Origin: Selaginella moellendorffii
Taxonomy: Eukaryota > Plantae > Lycopodiophyta
Direction of reading: 5' to 3'
Assembly: GCF_000143415.4 (NCBI RefSeq)
Contig: NW_003314276.1
Span: 1,464,696 to 1,528,695, forward strand
DNA length: 64,000 nt
The stretch's first letter is position 1; every line of letters starts with the position of its first letter. Of this stretch, positions 37,575 through 50,299 are shown one piece after another. A program made the translations under genes and the position numbers. The notes under the pieces were generated by a model. It was not told where the DNA came from and did no database searches. It was given only the letters and a program-made list of their open reading frames with translations.

Positions 37575-38386
37575 TCACAACGTGTGAACCATATCTTGGA
37601 TCCATATCAATGGATTGGAGATTGTTAACGATGCAAGATCCTTTGGTAGATCATTCCCTGTGATGAAAGCTACTTCCCGGAGCCTCTGTATGGCTCTCGC
37701 CATCTTCGAGTTTGCGACAAGGTGCCATGGAGACTCCAGCAAGTTGGGAGAGAGGAGCAGCGCGTATGCCACGGCCAGCGTCCCGGAGAAGACGTCCAAC
37801 TGAATCGACCAGTTGCTCCGCAGCAAGAAGATTGCAAGAGAGGAAAGAGCGGTGGTGCCAGCGAAAGTGGGCAGAACGATCGACCAGGCATAGCTGAAGA
37901 TCCAAGGATCATTGAACTCGAGCATGAGCTGCCAGGCCATGTTGAGCACGCCCACGAAGCACAAGCTTGCCTTGGACAGTTCAATCGTGGGATTTGTCCA
38001 TGCCATCGAAAGGATTCCAGTCAGACCAGAGGCGAGCATGATGAGAGTGTAGATGGTGTTGAAGTTGATGCCCCAGATTACCGCTAGCATCTCACCTGTG
38101 GAAACAAGATGATCCTTTGAGTGCTCTAGCTAGAGACGGTGATGCAAAGAAACTTACAGAAGATCAAAGGGACTAGTGTGAGGAAGAACTGGAGATCAAG
38201 GCCCTGTTTATCTGGATTGCCTTCAAGATTGAGGATCGCCAAGATGCTGAGAAGAGATTGGAAAACAAGTGGCCAATAGCCCAGCCCGTAGAAGAAACTT
38301 TGCCACTTGAACAGCCACTGGTGATTGCTCCACCGCTGCAAGATCTCCTCTAGACTATACTCACCACTCACCATGGGCAAAGCCAT
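37575..38386 (-). CDS. Divergent half-size MFS protein resembling the N-half of organic cation/carnitine transporters
   Basis: SLEEILQ..HQWL N-terminus, about 6 hydrophobic segments, ESPWHL...A...L..VA..TG..LP central-loop motif then stop; 1 intron. Confidence 0.6.
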
Positions 38387-39094
38387 TGTCCTTCCTTTTG
38401 AAACCCTAACTCAGAAATCTCAACAATCCTTAAAATGAATTAGAAAAAGAATATATTTAATTGTGTTAGATTCTCAATATATAATTTAAATTGTTTTATA
38501 TCAGAATAAATTTTAATGAAAAGAAATTGAGGGGTTTTAAAATGTAAAAAATAAATTAAAATATTGTCAATGGAAAATAAAATAAAATTAATGGTTTCAT
38601 TAATTTATAAAAAGAAAAATTAATTTTTGAGTGTTAAAAGATTAAATATTATGATGCAAAACTATGTTTAAGTATCAAAAATTTATTATAGACTTAAGAA
38701 TCCATTCTAGGTTTAACAACATTCTAGGTCTAACAAGTTCAACAACAAAATAAAGAAAAAACCCTTTCTTTTGTAGTCCTTTTTTTAAGAATTCTTTTTA
38801 TGAATATCTAGGATAAAATTTTAATGATCAAGTTTTGGATATTCATTAGCACTTACAAATATTATTTTCAGTGTTTAATATTAAATATATTCAAGTTGAA
38901 TAAAGAAACTAATAAAATTAAATTATTAATTTTAAAAGTAAATTTCATTAAATTAATTAAATTTATATGTATGTATGTATGTTTAAAATTTAAGTTTTTA
39001 ATAATTTGTATAAAGAAAAACAAGAAATATATTTTTTGAAAACATCATATTTACTTTATATTAATATTAAATTATTTTTATATTAAATTTTAAA

Positions 39095-39437
39095 TGTAGC
39101 AACGCTTGGTTTGCTTAATGGTAATTTTATTATTACTTATTAATCTAATTGATCAAATAAAGTTTATAATTATAAGCATGTTGGTAATTTATAAACACAA
39201 GATTAATCTTATTGCATATCAACCATTAGATAATAGAATAAAAAAGAATATACTAGAAAGGGTTTAGGAAAGTTTATAAATTATAAACATGTTTATAAAT
39301 TATAAATACCAGATTAATCTAAATGAATACCAACCATTAGATGGTAGAATATCCCAGAATATTCAAGCATATTCTAGGTATATTCACTACCATCCCAGTC
39401 CCCCTAGAGGTTTGCTTAAGCAAACCAAAAAGCTACA
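39095..39437. mobile_element. 343-bp TG...CA element (solo LTR or MITE) with ~22-bp imperfect terminal inverted repeat
   Basis: Left TGTAGCAACGCTTGGTTTGCTTAA; right TTAAGCAAACCAAAAAGCTACA; internal direct repeats; inverted partial homolog at 10400-10490. Confidence 0.7.
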
Positions 39438-39630
39438 AAATAACTTATCAAATCTTTCATGAATAAATTATTTTTAATGCTAAATTGATAAAAAATATTT
39501 TTGAATATTCTTAAATATTTTCAAGCAAACAAAGGACATTGTCTTGTGTAACGGCAGGACAAACACAGATAAGCATTTATTAATCCTAGGCGTATAAGGT
39601 AGTATGTACATAAACAAATACGAGGCGCAA

Positions 39631-42573
39631 CTATTTCTCTCCAAACCACTGGTTGAGAGTCTCCATGACAACGTCGCCCTTGATCACGGGATTGTCCGGC
39701 AGTAGAGGCAAGCTGTTGTCAGGCTTCTCCAAGCGCTCCACCACAACCGGCGCGGCAGGGACGCTCTCCCACCAGGCCTTGAGTCGAGCGAGAAACTCAC
39801 GCACCATTGGCCTCCGGAACTTGAGCTCCATGGTGAACTGATCCAGGACAAGGAGGGCCACGATGATCTGGAATGGCAGCGTCACGAGAAGGCCAGCGGC
39901 AGCGATCACGGAGAGCAAAGCCAAGTTGGTCGCCTGGAAAACTCAAACCAAGATCAACCAAATGAAAGAGAAGTTAAGAGACTACCTTTGGATTGCTGGA
40001 CAGAGCGATCGTCCGGAGCTTCAAGAGAGCTACGTTGACGTTCTGGAGGAACGTCTCCAGTTGAGCCAGAGCTTCCTTCAGGGATATTATCTTTTGGAGT
40101 GTGTTGGAGGGAGGTTGTTCCTGGATTGTAACTTTTCCAAAGTCCGGCTCTACGTGTCCACTGGCTCTCAAACCTCGCAGTGCCAAAACTCCGATGCTAC
40201 TGATAAGTAAAACACTGGGAAAAACGTAGCGCAGCCATCTCCTACAAAAGATATATAGTTAAAAATGAACGAGAAGAGTTCTTCCAAGTGCTTACAAGTA
40301 TAAGGCACCATAGAAGCACGCCAAGAACGCCAGTGTCTTTGGTGGCTCCTTCCATTCTTTAAGTTTCTTAAGCTCCATCACCATCGCTAGCAAAGGGGAC
40401 ATAAGTTCCTGCCAAAACAAAAACACGACACTAAAACTTCCACCGCTAGAAAAGGTTGCGTACCTTGAAAAGATCAATGTTTTCTGGAATTCCTGCGATT
40501 ATAGCCCCGTCAATGGTTGCTTTCGTCAACTCAAGCTCCCTGTTTTGCTCCTTGCATTCCCCCACTGCCCTCTCCAGCTGACTCAAGCCTCCAACTACGT
40601 GATTCTTTCCCAGAACCATGCCTCCTCCTCCCAGTCTTTGCCTCCAAAATGCTATGGACTCTGCGCGGTTCCACGTCTCTGAGTCCATCCATTTTCGAAA
40701 GTAGATGCTACCATCCGTGCCAACTATATAGCCGCTTGAAGTGAGTTCGTTGTTTTTCGAGACCTGCGAGTTCTCGTAAGAGCTTAGCTCCATCCTACCA
40801 CCCCAAAAGTCTACTGCCAGCGATTGAAGCACCAAGAACCCAGCTGCTGTCCTCGAAACATATGAATACTGGAGAAGTTTCTCTGGATGCTCCGGTGCTT
40901 TCTTTAAGGTAGCTTGCAAAGCTTGAAACCTTGCTATCCCAAGCAGCGCACTGTTTATGGCCCTTCTCCTTCCAGTCTTGGAGACGTAAGCGTATTCTGG
41001 AGAAGTTTCGCTCGTCTTTGGAGCATACTCTCGAATAAACCTGTGCACCATCATCATTTCTAGAATGAACAGGTACCAAATTTCCCGGCGACCTCTACCT
41101 GTGAAGTCGACAAATTCCAGCACCCATGGATCGTCCCTGCAAGATAGCATTCAAAGTACAGATATTACACATCGCTTAAGTCAAAAACGTTCTCAAAACG
41201 TACTCCGAGCTCGAAGAAATCGAAATTGCAGAATCAAAGAGCTCCATCCCGAGGGGCCCAACTCTCCTACGTTCAATTTTAGCCTCGGGTCCATCAAAAC
41301 TGAGACGCAGTGTTTGTTTATCCTGGAAAGCAATCCTGAAAGGCTATGCAATACATAAAAGTCAGAAGGACTAATGCTGGAAGAAAAAGAAACCAAGCTA
41401 AACCTCGAAATAGAGAGCACGATCCGTCATAGTCAAATTTCCAGGCCACGCCATCCCATTATCCCATTTCTGTACAGGTTGCCTCCGGCTAGCTCCAATA
41501 CAAATAAGACTTTCGTCACGATCGAGCTCTAAGTTACATTCCTGACGAAAAATGTGTCGACCATTTACAACACTGAATTTAGAGAAAACATAAAACTTAA
41601 AACAGAATCGAAGAAAAAAAACAAAAAGGTTTTGACACTCACCCGCACAGCTCGCAAAGATATCTATCCCAAGTGTCAAACGACAAACCATCTTTGTCGC
41701 CAGTAAGAGCTTTAAACAGGTGGTGCGCCGTGGCTACGTCGGCAGCTCCAGGTACGGAGGGCGCGATTCTTGCAAACGCTGGTTCTTGTACAAGTGTCTG
41801 CACCAAAAGGAGTTTTGGAGACGGAAAAAAAAAATGAAAAGAAGGCTTACTTGAATTTTTTCTTGAGCTTCCATGTAAGGTTGCTGCCATGCCAGCATTG
41901 TTATAAAGGTGAGACGTCGAAACGCAGCATCCTGGAGAAGGAGAGAGCGATGACAAACAAACGCTTTCACAAAGTTATTGACAAGTTCTACCTTTAAGTT
42001 TGGTATGAAATCTCCAGAGCCTCTTCCCAGGAACCGAAAGCAGCAAAACTCGAGTAAGTTTCGTGCTTCGTTTTGCACAGAAACTGGAGCATATCTTTCG
42101 AAATGTTCTCTCATCCTCCTGCCTGTCACTCCACTCAATCTTTTTTTTTCCCCGCGGAGAAGGAAAGAAAAAACCGTCATTGGATTCTCATCGATCGATC
42201 GAACTAGAACACTTACCGACTGAATTGCTCAATCGCATTGATCGCAGCAGTAGAAAGCTCGCCTCTAGGCGTTTTACTGTCCACTGTTTGCTCCTTAACA
42301 CTAAACGCCTCTAGCAGCTGTCGTTGCTCGTCAATTCCACCATCGTCCCTCACATTCTGATCGCCTTGCCAGAACGCACTGATGACTGCGCCAGAATCGA
42401 GAGCTAGAAGCCAAGAAATCTCACAATATCATACCATTCCGCCTCGAGCAATGCCTCAATCGTCGAAACGCCGCCTTGCGACCGCAGCAGCAGAGATTCA
42501 GCTGGAAGAATGCGCCGCGATTGACTGGAAGAAGCCAGGAACTCATCCCCGGCGCCCAGACACATCCCTCCAT
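39631..42573 (-). CDS. DUF639 family protein, probably plastid-targeted
   Basis: ARNLLEFCCFR, FRRLTFITMLAWQQPY, AFARIAPSVPGAAD, AWPGNLTMTDRALYFE, ATIDGA...GIPENIDLFK, WWESVPAAPVVV. Confidence 0.92.
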
Positions 42574-42630
42574 TTTTCCTTGTTCTTCGCTAGGGTAGAA
42601 AACGAATATGCCACCTCCACATACTTTATT

Positions 42631-42670
42631 CCACGTAGTTTCCACGTGGGCACTGTACAAAGCCCTTATC
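42631..42670 (-). promoter_or_regulatory. G-box + I-box light-response-type module upstream of DUF639
   Basis: CACGTG at 42643-42648, CCACGTAG at 42631, and GATAAGGG on the minus strand at 42663-42670. Confidence 0.45.
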
Positions 42671-42959
42671 TCCAGCCGTTGGATAAATCCTCTAAATTTG
42701 TGAAAAGTATTTACTTAATCCCTTCAGCTCAAAATCTTAAACTGTTGGTTGGGGAGAAGAAATTTGGAGCAAATAATAAGAGGGAAAATTACTATTTCTC
42801 CCCTCTTTCTTGTGATAAAACATTTACAAAGTATTATTTTATATTGTTTAAACGGATAAGAATTGGAGTAAGTGTTAAAGGAAAAGTGATTTTAAGGAAG
42901 CCCTAAATAAAATGTTGATAAAAGTTTGCAAAGCTAAATAAACAATGTTCTGGAATTAA

Positions 42960-43235
42960 AAGTTCTGTGCATAGCATACTGAGCAACCACTTGGAAGCTT
43001 TTCAAAAGCAGTGATGAACTATCTTGTTCCCAGGCATTTCTCTGCATCAATCCTTTCAACAGCTCTTTGATTGCACATGAGGTTTGTGATTGGGATCCTT
43101 TAAGTAGCAAAATTAAGTGGCTATATAATTTTAAACACACGATTAAGAGCTTGGCCACAAAAGATGTTTCATCCTGCTTATTGTGCTCGAGGAAGCATGC
43201 CTTAAACTCCTCATCGTCAATGCGTGCTGCACTGA
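42960..43235 (-). pseudogene. Chimeric remnant: orphan-gene fragment fused to an SNI1 3' fragment
   Basis: 42960-43110 matches 46085-46310 (aagcttttcaaaagcag); 43140-43230 matches 44060-44165. Confidence 0.7.
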
Positions 43236-43399
43236 CTAGTGCCAAGAGCTAGAGAAACACAGTGTGCCTTCCTGCCAGTGCTCAAAAACTTGTTCAGTGT
43301 TCACAGTAACACAAGATTGGTGGAATTTTGTCTCTTTTTGTGAATCTAGTGTTAAAGATAAGTGCACTCAGTGCGCAATCTTTGCACATGTGCATGTGA

Positions 43400-44420
43400 G
43401 TGAATAACTAGGTACAAAGCTCTCCACGTACCACGCTTGGATTGTCTCGAACAGCGCTCCGCCCTCCACACACTGCAATCAACTGTACCTGAAGCAGGAG
43501 ATGACGTCCCTCGTGGCATCCACGGTTTCTCTCAAGCCCGGGGGCACAAGCTTGAATAGGCGATCCTCCTCCCTGCTGTAGACTTCAAGGAAACAAGGCT
43601 CATTCGAGATAAAAGGGAACTACTTCAACTGCTGACGGATCGCAGCTCTGTCTGCTCGTGAGACAGAGAAACAAAACAGAGTGGTCGCCAACTTTGTGGA
43701 AAACAGCATCTATATCTGCCCTACGTCCGAGTGTACAGGACTAGACACAGTCGACAAAATAGAATGTTAGCAAATGACGATGCTAGGCTGCTGCTAAGAG
43801 TTGTGCTCGATCGTATGTGCTTGTCCAGGGCAGGAGAAAGATCAATGCAGGTAATTTAGTCTGTTTATCATCGTTTCTTGTTCTCTTACTCATCACAGAT
43901 CCAAGCAAGTAAGTGTCATTGATTGCTTGAAAAAGTCAGGTATTCGTGAGCTCCCGGTCAATCTTTGGATGAGGGATTTCGTGGACAAAACCAACAAGTC
44001 AAAAGCCAACAAGGCTGCATCCGCTCGACTAGACATCGATGTCGTATGTGCGGCGAGCCAGGAGCTTGAACATGAAAGATGTTTCACTCTGCTTGGTGTA
44101 CTCGAGGAACTCTGCCTTGACGTCCTCTTCGTCCTCGTCGTCAATGCGAGCCAGGCGTGCTGCCTCCTTTTCCGGTGAACTCTTGCGCGAGCCCACGAAA
44201 CACACATCCTCGCCATGTAACAGCCGCGGCTCTCTGGCTCATAATCCATTGGCGTCACGTAATACACCTTCGTCTCCGGGTCGCTGCGCACGCCCAAGTG
44301 GTTGCCCGATGCGCGCTGCCTCTGCAGGACGTGGAACGTGGAGGGAGGGTGGCCATGCAGCTGCCGCATGGCTGGAGCGGCCCCCTTACGGATCGCCTCG
44401 TCTGTGAAAAATAAACTGAA
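43400..44420 (-). pseudogene. Decayed GC-rich orphan coding sequence
   Basis: Protein-like pieces DPETKVYYVTPMDYEPE, ARIDDEDEEDVKAEFLEYTKQSETSFMFKLL, LFKLVPPGLRETVDATRDVI, GALFETIQAWYVE; stops and frameshifts; partial duplicates at 43140 and 44790. Confidence 0.45.
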
Positions 44421-45982
44421 AAATCGAGAATGCTGAAGGATCACAAGATCGGCTTCTCTCGACAAGTTCGACAGGAAGCTCCGGGTTGCTCAACCACAGC
44501 CGCGCATCTAACACGGCAGACGTTCTCCTCGTGCGTAAGGTAAGGGCACACCGTAATAAGAGAAGCAAGCCTTCCGCCATCACTCAGATCTACCAGGAGC
44601 TGCTCCAGATCCTTGCAGTTACAGTGGTTTGTGTGGGTAGTTTCAACTCCGATGGCTTGCAGCGCGGGATGTCATTAAGAAAGAAATCCAGCTTTGAGGA
44701 CCACCACCCCTCCACGGCCTTCGGACGTTCCTTTAACAGCAGAGAGAGAAAAACAGTGTGTACCTTGGGGTATTCCTCCTAGGTACGTATTTCTCCACGT
44801 ACCACGCTTCGATTGTCTCAAACAGAGCTCCACCCTAACAACTGTACCTGCACGGCTTCTCTCAAGCCGTCCATTAGCCAGCCCTAAAAGACAAGATTAA
44901 GTATTTACTTAATCACTTCAGCTGAATCTTAAGCCGTTGGTCATTTATACACACAACCCTTGAAACCTGCGAAGACAAGAAATTTGGAGCAAAAGAGAAG
45001 AGGGCAAATCTCTTTGATTTCTCCCCTCTTTTGTTTTTCCTCTTGGCGATGTCTTGCTCGTGCTGTTGCTGTACGTGCTCGTATTCAACGCTGGAATGGT
45101 GCACAGCTCCACTTTGGAAGATTTATTGCATCCTTCGCTACTTTGAGAAGGAGCTGATGCATCAAATCTTTGTCATTGGCCTCTTTAGAAACTGGTAAGC
45201 TTCCTTTCTTCGAGATTGTCCTGGAAAAAGAAAACAAAATGGTTTTCTCAGGAGACAAAGAGGCGTTCGATCGGAGCAAAACCTAGCAGAGATTGAGAAC
45301 CTTGGGCCGATCACGCTCACTTTGGACAATCAGCCTTTCACCTGTCAAGATGGATCATGGTCTGCTGGTAAAACTCAATCCGTTACCTCTCTCGAGAATG
45401 GAAGTACAAGTCTTAGTTGTGCTCGATCCAGGTCCTGGAATCCCGAGAACAGCGATGGGAATCCATCGAGAGATTGATGTCTTGAGGCGTGAAAGGAAAC
45501 ACCTGGTAAAACTCGAAATAAAAACACAAAACAAAACTCGTAAGTAGCTCCAAAAACTTACAGTTCTTGGATTTGTAGAAGAGAGAGGTGGCCAAGTACG
45601 CAAGGAAAACAGAAGAGCTCAAAGGCATGAAGGATAAGATCAACATGCTGGACTTCAAGTACCAGCTTCTTCTCGACATGGTAAGAACTTAAGCTCGCTG
45701 GAGTTAGAAGGAAACTTTTCTGAATAAATGGATTTGATCAATCGATTGATTGATTGAGCAGTGGACCACGAAAGTCATGGGTGGTGAGAATGGAGGCGGT
45801 TCTCCGAGAAGAGGCCTCAGTAGGACACCATCACCACGAAAGAGTCCGAAGAACACTCCACAGCGGAGTCGCAGCCGATAAAAATCTGTTACTACCTGTG
45901 AAGATCGTCAAGAACAAACATTGCTCCAAAAACGCGTTTACCTGTCTTAGAGATTAGTCTTTCTCAATTGGAGTTGACGACT

Positions 45983-47946
45983 TCAGATGTTGCTCAAGAC
46001 CTCCGCCACAACCAAGGCCTGCTTTGCAGTCGGATGGACAATGAAATCCCTAGAAAACAGGAAACAAATGTTTTGGAGAACTTTGATTTAGGCATAGCAT
46101 ACCGAGGAACCGCTTGAAGCTTTTCAAAAGCAGCGATGAACAGTCCTGCAATCGAAGAGCCGTCGGAAGGATTGCTGCAGAGAATTGCCTGGAAAAAGAA
46201 AAGAAAAAGAAAAAGAAAAAGAAATTGTTTTGCAAAATTGAGAAACAAAACAGCGATACCTGAAACGCGTGAGCAAGCAGCAATTGTGATTGTGATTCTT
46301 TGAGTAAGACCTGCGCAGTTCGATCATCGAAGCGTTGCAGCAAGACTTTGAAGGATGAAAAATCTATAGGTGGCCGCTACAAAAAGATAAAAACGTTCGA
46401 ACTCTTCCAATCATAAGTTACAGAAAGAAAACCACATACCCTTGAGGAAAATAGCTTAACAAAACACTCCATTACGAATTGGAGCTTCTGCTCGGGTTTC
46501 TGGATTGCCTTATGAAATAAAAACATCGTCGATATTTAAAAGCATGTAAATAGATAAACACACCTCCAAGAAAATAGGCATTTTTTCACCGTTATTCTTG
46601 AACAGTTTGTCCACTAACTGGTCGATATAATCCTTCGTTAAGCTGACAAAGGTAAAGATTATCGCACCATTATAAACAACGATTCTCACCTCGTTTTCAG
46701 TTCATCAAGGTGAAATAGCTTGTGAAAACAATAAGAGACGTTATTACAACAAGGTCACAGAAAAACTTACCAGAGATATCAACGCTTGGGTCGATTTATA
46801 AATGATGTCGAAGTACTGGAGACTACTATTGTTCTCTGTCACTCCCTCCAAACTAAAATGTAGCAACTCCAGGAGGATCTTATCAAAGGAAGAATTTCCA
46901 CCGCACATCTCCAACTGCTTATAAACGCAAAACCTCTCCATATTTGCACCTGCGAGATCTTCAAACTTTTAGCTTCTACCCTTTCTTAAAAAAACACATA
47001 CCATCGAAGGTTGCCCGTGTCTGCTCAAAATCTTTGACCAACTGATCAATGAAGTGCCGAAACACAAGTGTTTTCACCGGAAACTGAAACTCCATTGTAA
47101 AGAAAAGCATGTAAGGAGAAAATAACAGAAAGAAATAAATAAAATTTCACTTACGGCGCGGATTGGAGACTCTTTAACCATTAAATCTCTGGCAAGCGAT
47201 GACAGATTCTAGAAGGCATCCGTCAGAACATGGAGAAAAGGAAAATTAAATAAATAAATGGTGAATTGAGTTACCAAGGAGGTAATGCAGGAAACATTTT
47301 TGTAAGGGACTTCCGACGCGTAAGATATGACTACCTGTGAAAAAGAAAAGGAAGAAAGATAGATTGATCAGTATGGTCGAAGAGGTTACCTCGTCTAAGT
47401 CTTTCAAAAGTCTGTAGCTCGCCATTGCCACCTCCATGGATTTGCTTTCTCGCAAACACGAGTAGACAGCTCTGTAGATGCTCCTAGAAATCCAAAACTT
47501 AGAAAAGTTTTTCTTTCTTTTCTCTTTTCTTTGCTTACTTGCTTGGCCTGGCTTGCTCGGGCATCACAAACTCCTCAAAAACGACATCCAGGAACGAAAG
47601 CTCTGAAAAGAGTTAACGAGAAACTAAAGAAAAGAAAAACCATAAAAAGCGAGAGAGCTCATACTGTCGTCTCGAATGGATTCGGAGTCTTTGACGCCCT
47701 GTGAATCCAGCATTGCGAGCACATTGTCTTCCATGTAGCCCACACCAAAGTCGACAGTTTCCTGGAAAAAATTCGTTCATGAAAAAGAAATCGACAAGAG
47801 AACCATTTCTCACCCCTTCTGGCTCCGGCGCACCACCGCGCGCAGCAATCTACAAAACCAGCGAGCTCAACACACGCCACCGGAGGGAAAATGCTTACCC
47901 GGGAAGACGATCGCCGCTGCCGCTTCATCGTCCCGCCCAAACTCAT
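45983..47946 (-). CDS. SNI1: SNI1 (NSE6-equivalent subunit of SMC5/6; negative regulator of SAR) homolog, many short exons
   Basis: MEDNVLAMLDSQGVKDS..DD, KSMEVAMASYRLLKDLD, PEQKLQFVMECF, QLLLAHAFQA, IAAFEKL, AKQALVVAEVLS match remembered plant SNI1 motifs in the same order. Confidence 0.8.
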
Positions 47947-48003
47947 TAGGGTTTACACTAGAACAGGATATTCCTTTCCCCCTTAAGATCCTTTTAGTCG
48001 AAG

Positions 48004-49626
48004 TGTGATAGCTTGATTGAGGCTCGCGAGACCATCGCCCACGATCAGGGATGAGCTGCCGCAATGGAAGAAATGCCGCCACTTCCACTCCATGAGATCC
48101 TATTCATCTAGATCCTATCAAGCTCCACTCCCTGGTTCCTGGAAATCCCCCCAAAGCATCTCGACCTACGCCTCTGCGATCCAGCTTTGCGGGAACTCGA
48201 ATCGCTCTCCGTGCACCTAGTTGGAAATGGCTGGGATCGAAACACTTTCTCCTAGTGGAATAGTTTGGCAAATGCGGCAGCTTGGACGAATCCCACTGGG
48301 CATTTGAGAGAATTGCGACGCACTCATGGATGTATTATATTATTTAGGATAAAATTTTGGATGTGTGAATCTTGAGAGGGGAAGTTGTAATGAAAAATTG
48401 ACTCCATTTTTGAGATCATGACAGCAGCCTACACCGGCAATGGGAATCTCCACGAAGCTTCGCCCAGATGCCTGACAAAGATATTGTGTCATGCACTGCA
48501 TATTCCCAGGTGCAGAGACATGTTCAACTAGATGCCGCAGTGGTCGTGGAACGCAATCATAAGGGTATATTCTCTGTCTGGCACCGCAAAGGATCTTTTC
48601 GACAAGATGCCCCAGCGGACAATCGTGTGCTGGTCGCGGAATATGCCCAGAAACGGCGAGTGAGAAGATTCCATATGGTGCTGTGGAACGAGGTGGTTGA
48701 CGTGGGAATGGCGAACAAGGCCATCGAGCTCTTGGAGGCGATGTCTCTTGGAACACGCAAATGAAGGTGTTTGTGCAGATTGGAGATCTCGAAAGCGCAA
48801 AGAGGTCGTTTGATTCCACTCCAAAGCCGGACTTGGCATCATTTACTACAATGGTGGTGGCGTTTTCGCAGCAGGGGAAGCTCCCAAAAGCGAGAGAGAT
48901 GTTCGATCGGATGCCCTGTCGAGACACAGTGGCGTGGACGACAATGGTTTCGGCTTATGCTCAAAACAGGCATGTCAACAGCGCAAGAAATCTGTTCCTT
49001 GAGATGCCAGAGAAGAACTTGTGTCGTGGAACGCAATGGTGGCGGCGTACGGACAGAACTGCGATGGAGCTACTGCAGTTCATCTGTTTAGATTAATGGA
49101 TCTGGAGGGTATTCAAGTGGATTCTATAAGTTTGGTGAGTGCTTTGGATTGATGTTCTTCCGAGACAGCTCTGGCCGAAGGATTAAATATAGAATGCTAT
49201 GAAGCTTAAACTATGAATTCAGAACTTTGCAGGCTCTGGGAAAATTGAAGGACAATTGAAGGACAGATTCACCACAAGTACTGAATATCACATAGGAAGA
49301 GTCTGAGGTTTATGCTGATGCTGTGGAGCTGGGATTTTATCAAGATACAACGCTTGCAAACTCGCTAGTTGCAATGTATGCGAGTTGTGGATGCCTTGGT
49401 GAAGCTCGCAAGCTGTTTGATGGAATTCTAGCAAAGAATGTGGTGTCCTGGCCGACCATGGCGCTGCTTACGCATAGAACAGCAAGACTCATCAAGCATT
49501 TCATCTGTTTAGAACTATGCTGCTGATGCCGAACGAGGTAACTCTCATAACTGTCCTAAGGCTGTGTAGTTAAAGTGGTAAACTATGTGATGCCAAAGAG
49601 AACTTCATACTTGTGACTGGAGATTT
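48004..49626 (+). pseudogene. PPR pseudogene, paralog of 61384-63171
   Basis: Near-identical blocks to the intact PPR with many short deletions, stops and two insertions (~48330-48415 and ~49181-49310). Confidence 0.93.
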
Positions 49627-50299
49627 GAACCTTTCAACATGGGGAGAAACACATGAATCCAGTTGTCAATTATTGTGTGAACTCCTTGCCCTAAAAGTGG
49701 AGAGTATATTCCCACCCACAGGAATCTTTTCAATATTTTAACAATAGAATATTCTAGAGAATCTCACTCAATGTTATGCATGTCCTAATAGACAACCATA
49801 GAGGATTGCATAGACTTTATTGCATACAAAAAACCCATGACCATTACAACATAATACACTATATTAACACTGCTGCAAGAAAAAGTAGAGGGAAACACAA
49901 AAGAAAAAGCCAAGAAAGAGGAGAGGAGGAAGTGAAAAATTCCAGATTCAAAGGAAAACCATGATGGGCAAAACTAGTTTCATATTTCTTTATTACTCCC
50001 TTTTTATTTTGCTTGATTTTCCATTTTTTCTACTTTGCTTTGGGTTAAGTGTTAAGTGCCAAGTGAAGGAGAATCACTTATCTGGAATTCTTAAGTTTTA
50101 AAAAGTTTTAGTGTTTACAAAAAAAATTTATACATTCTATAAATATGCTCAACTAGTAGATTTAGACACTTTTTATAAATAACCAATAGGATTAAACGGG
50201 ACCACACATGGGTATGATAGTGAGGGTGTTTAGTAGACATGGTAAGTTATCATTAGCAATATTGAGGAATTAGTCTTAATACAAAGGGGTTTTTATCAC

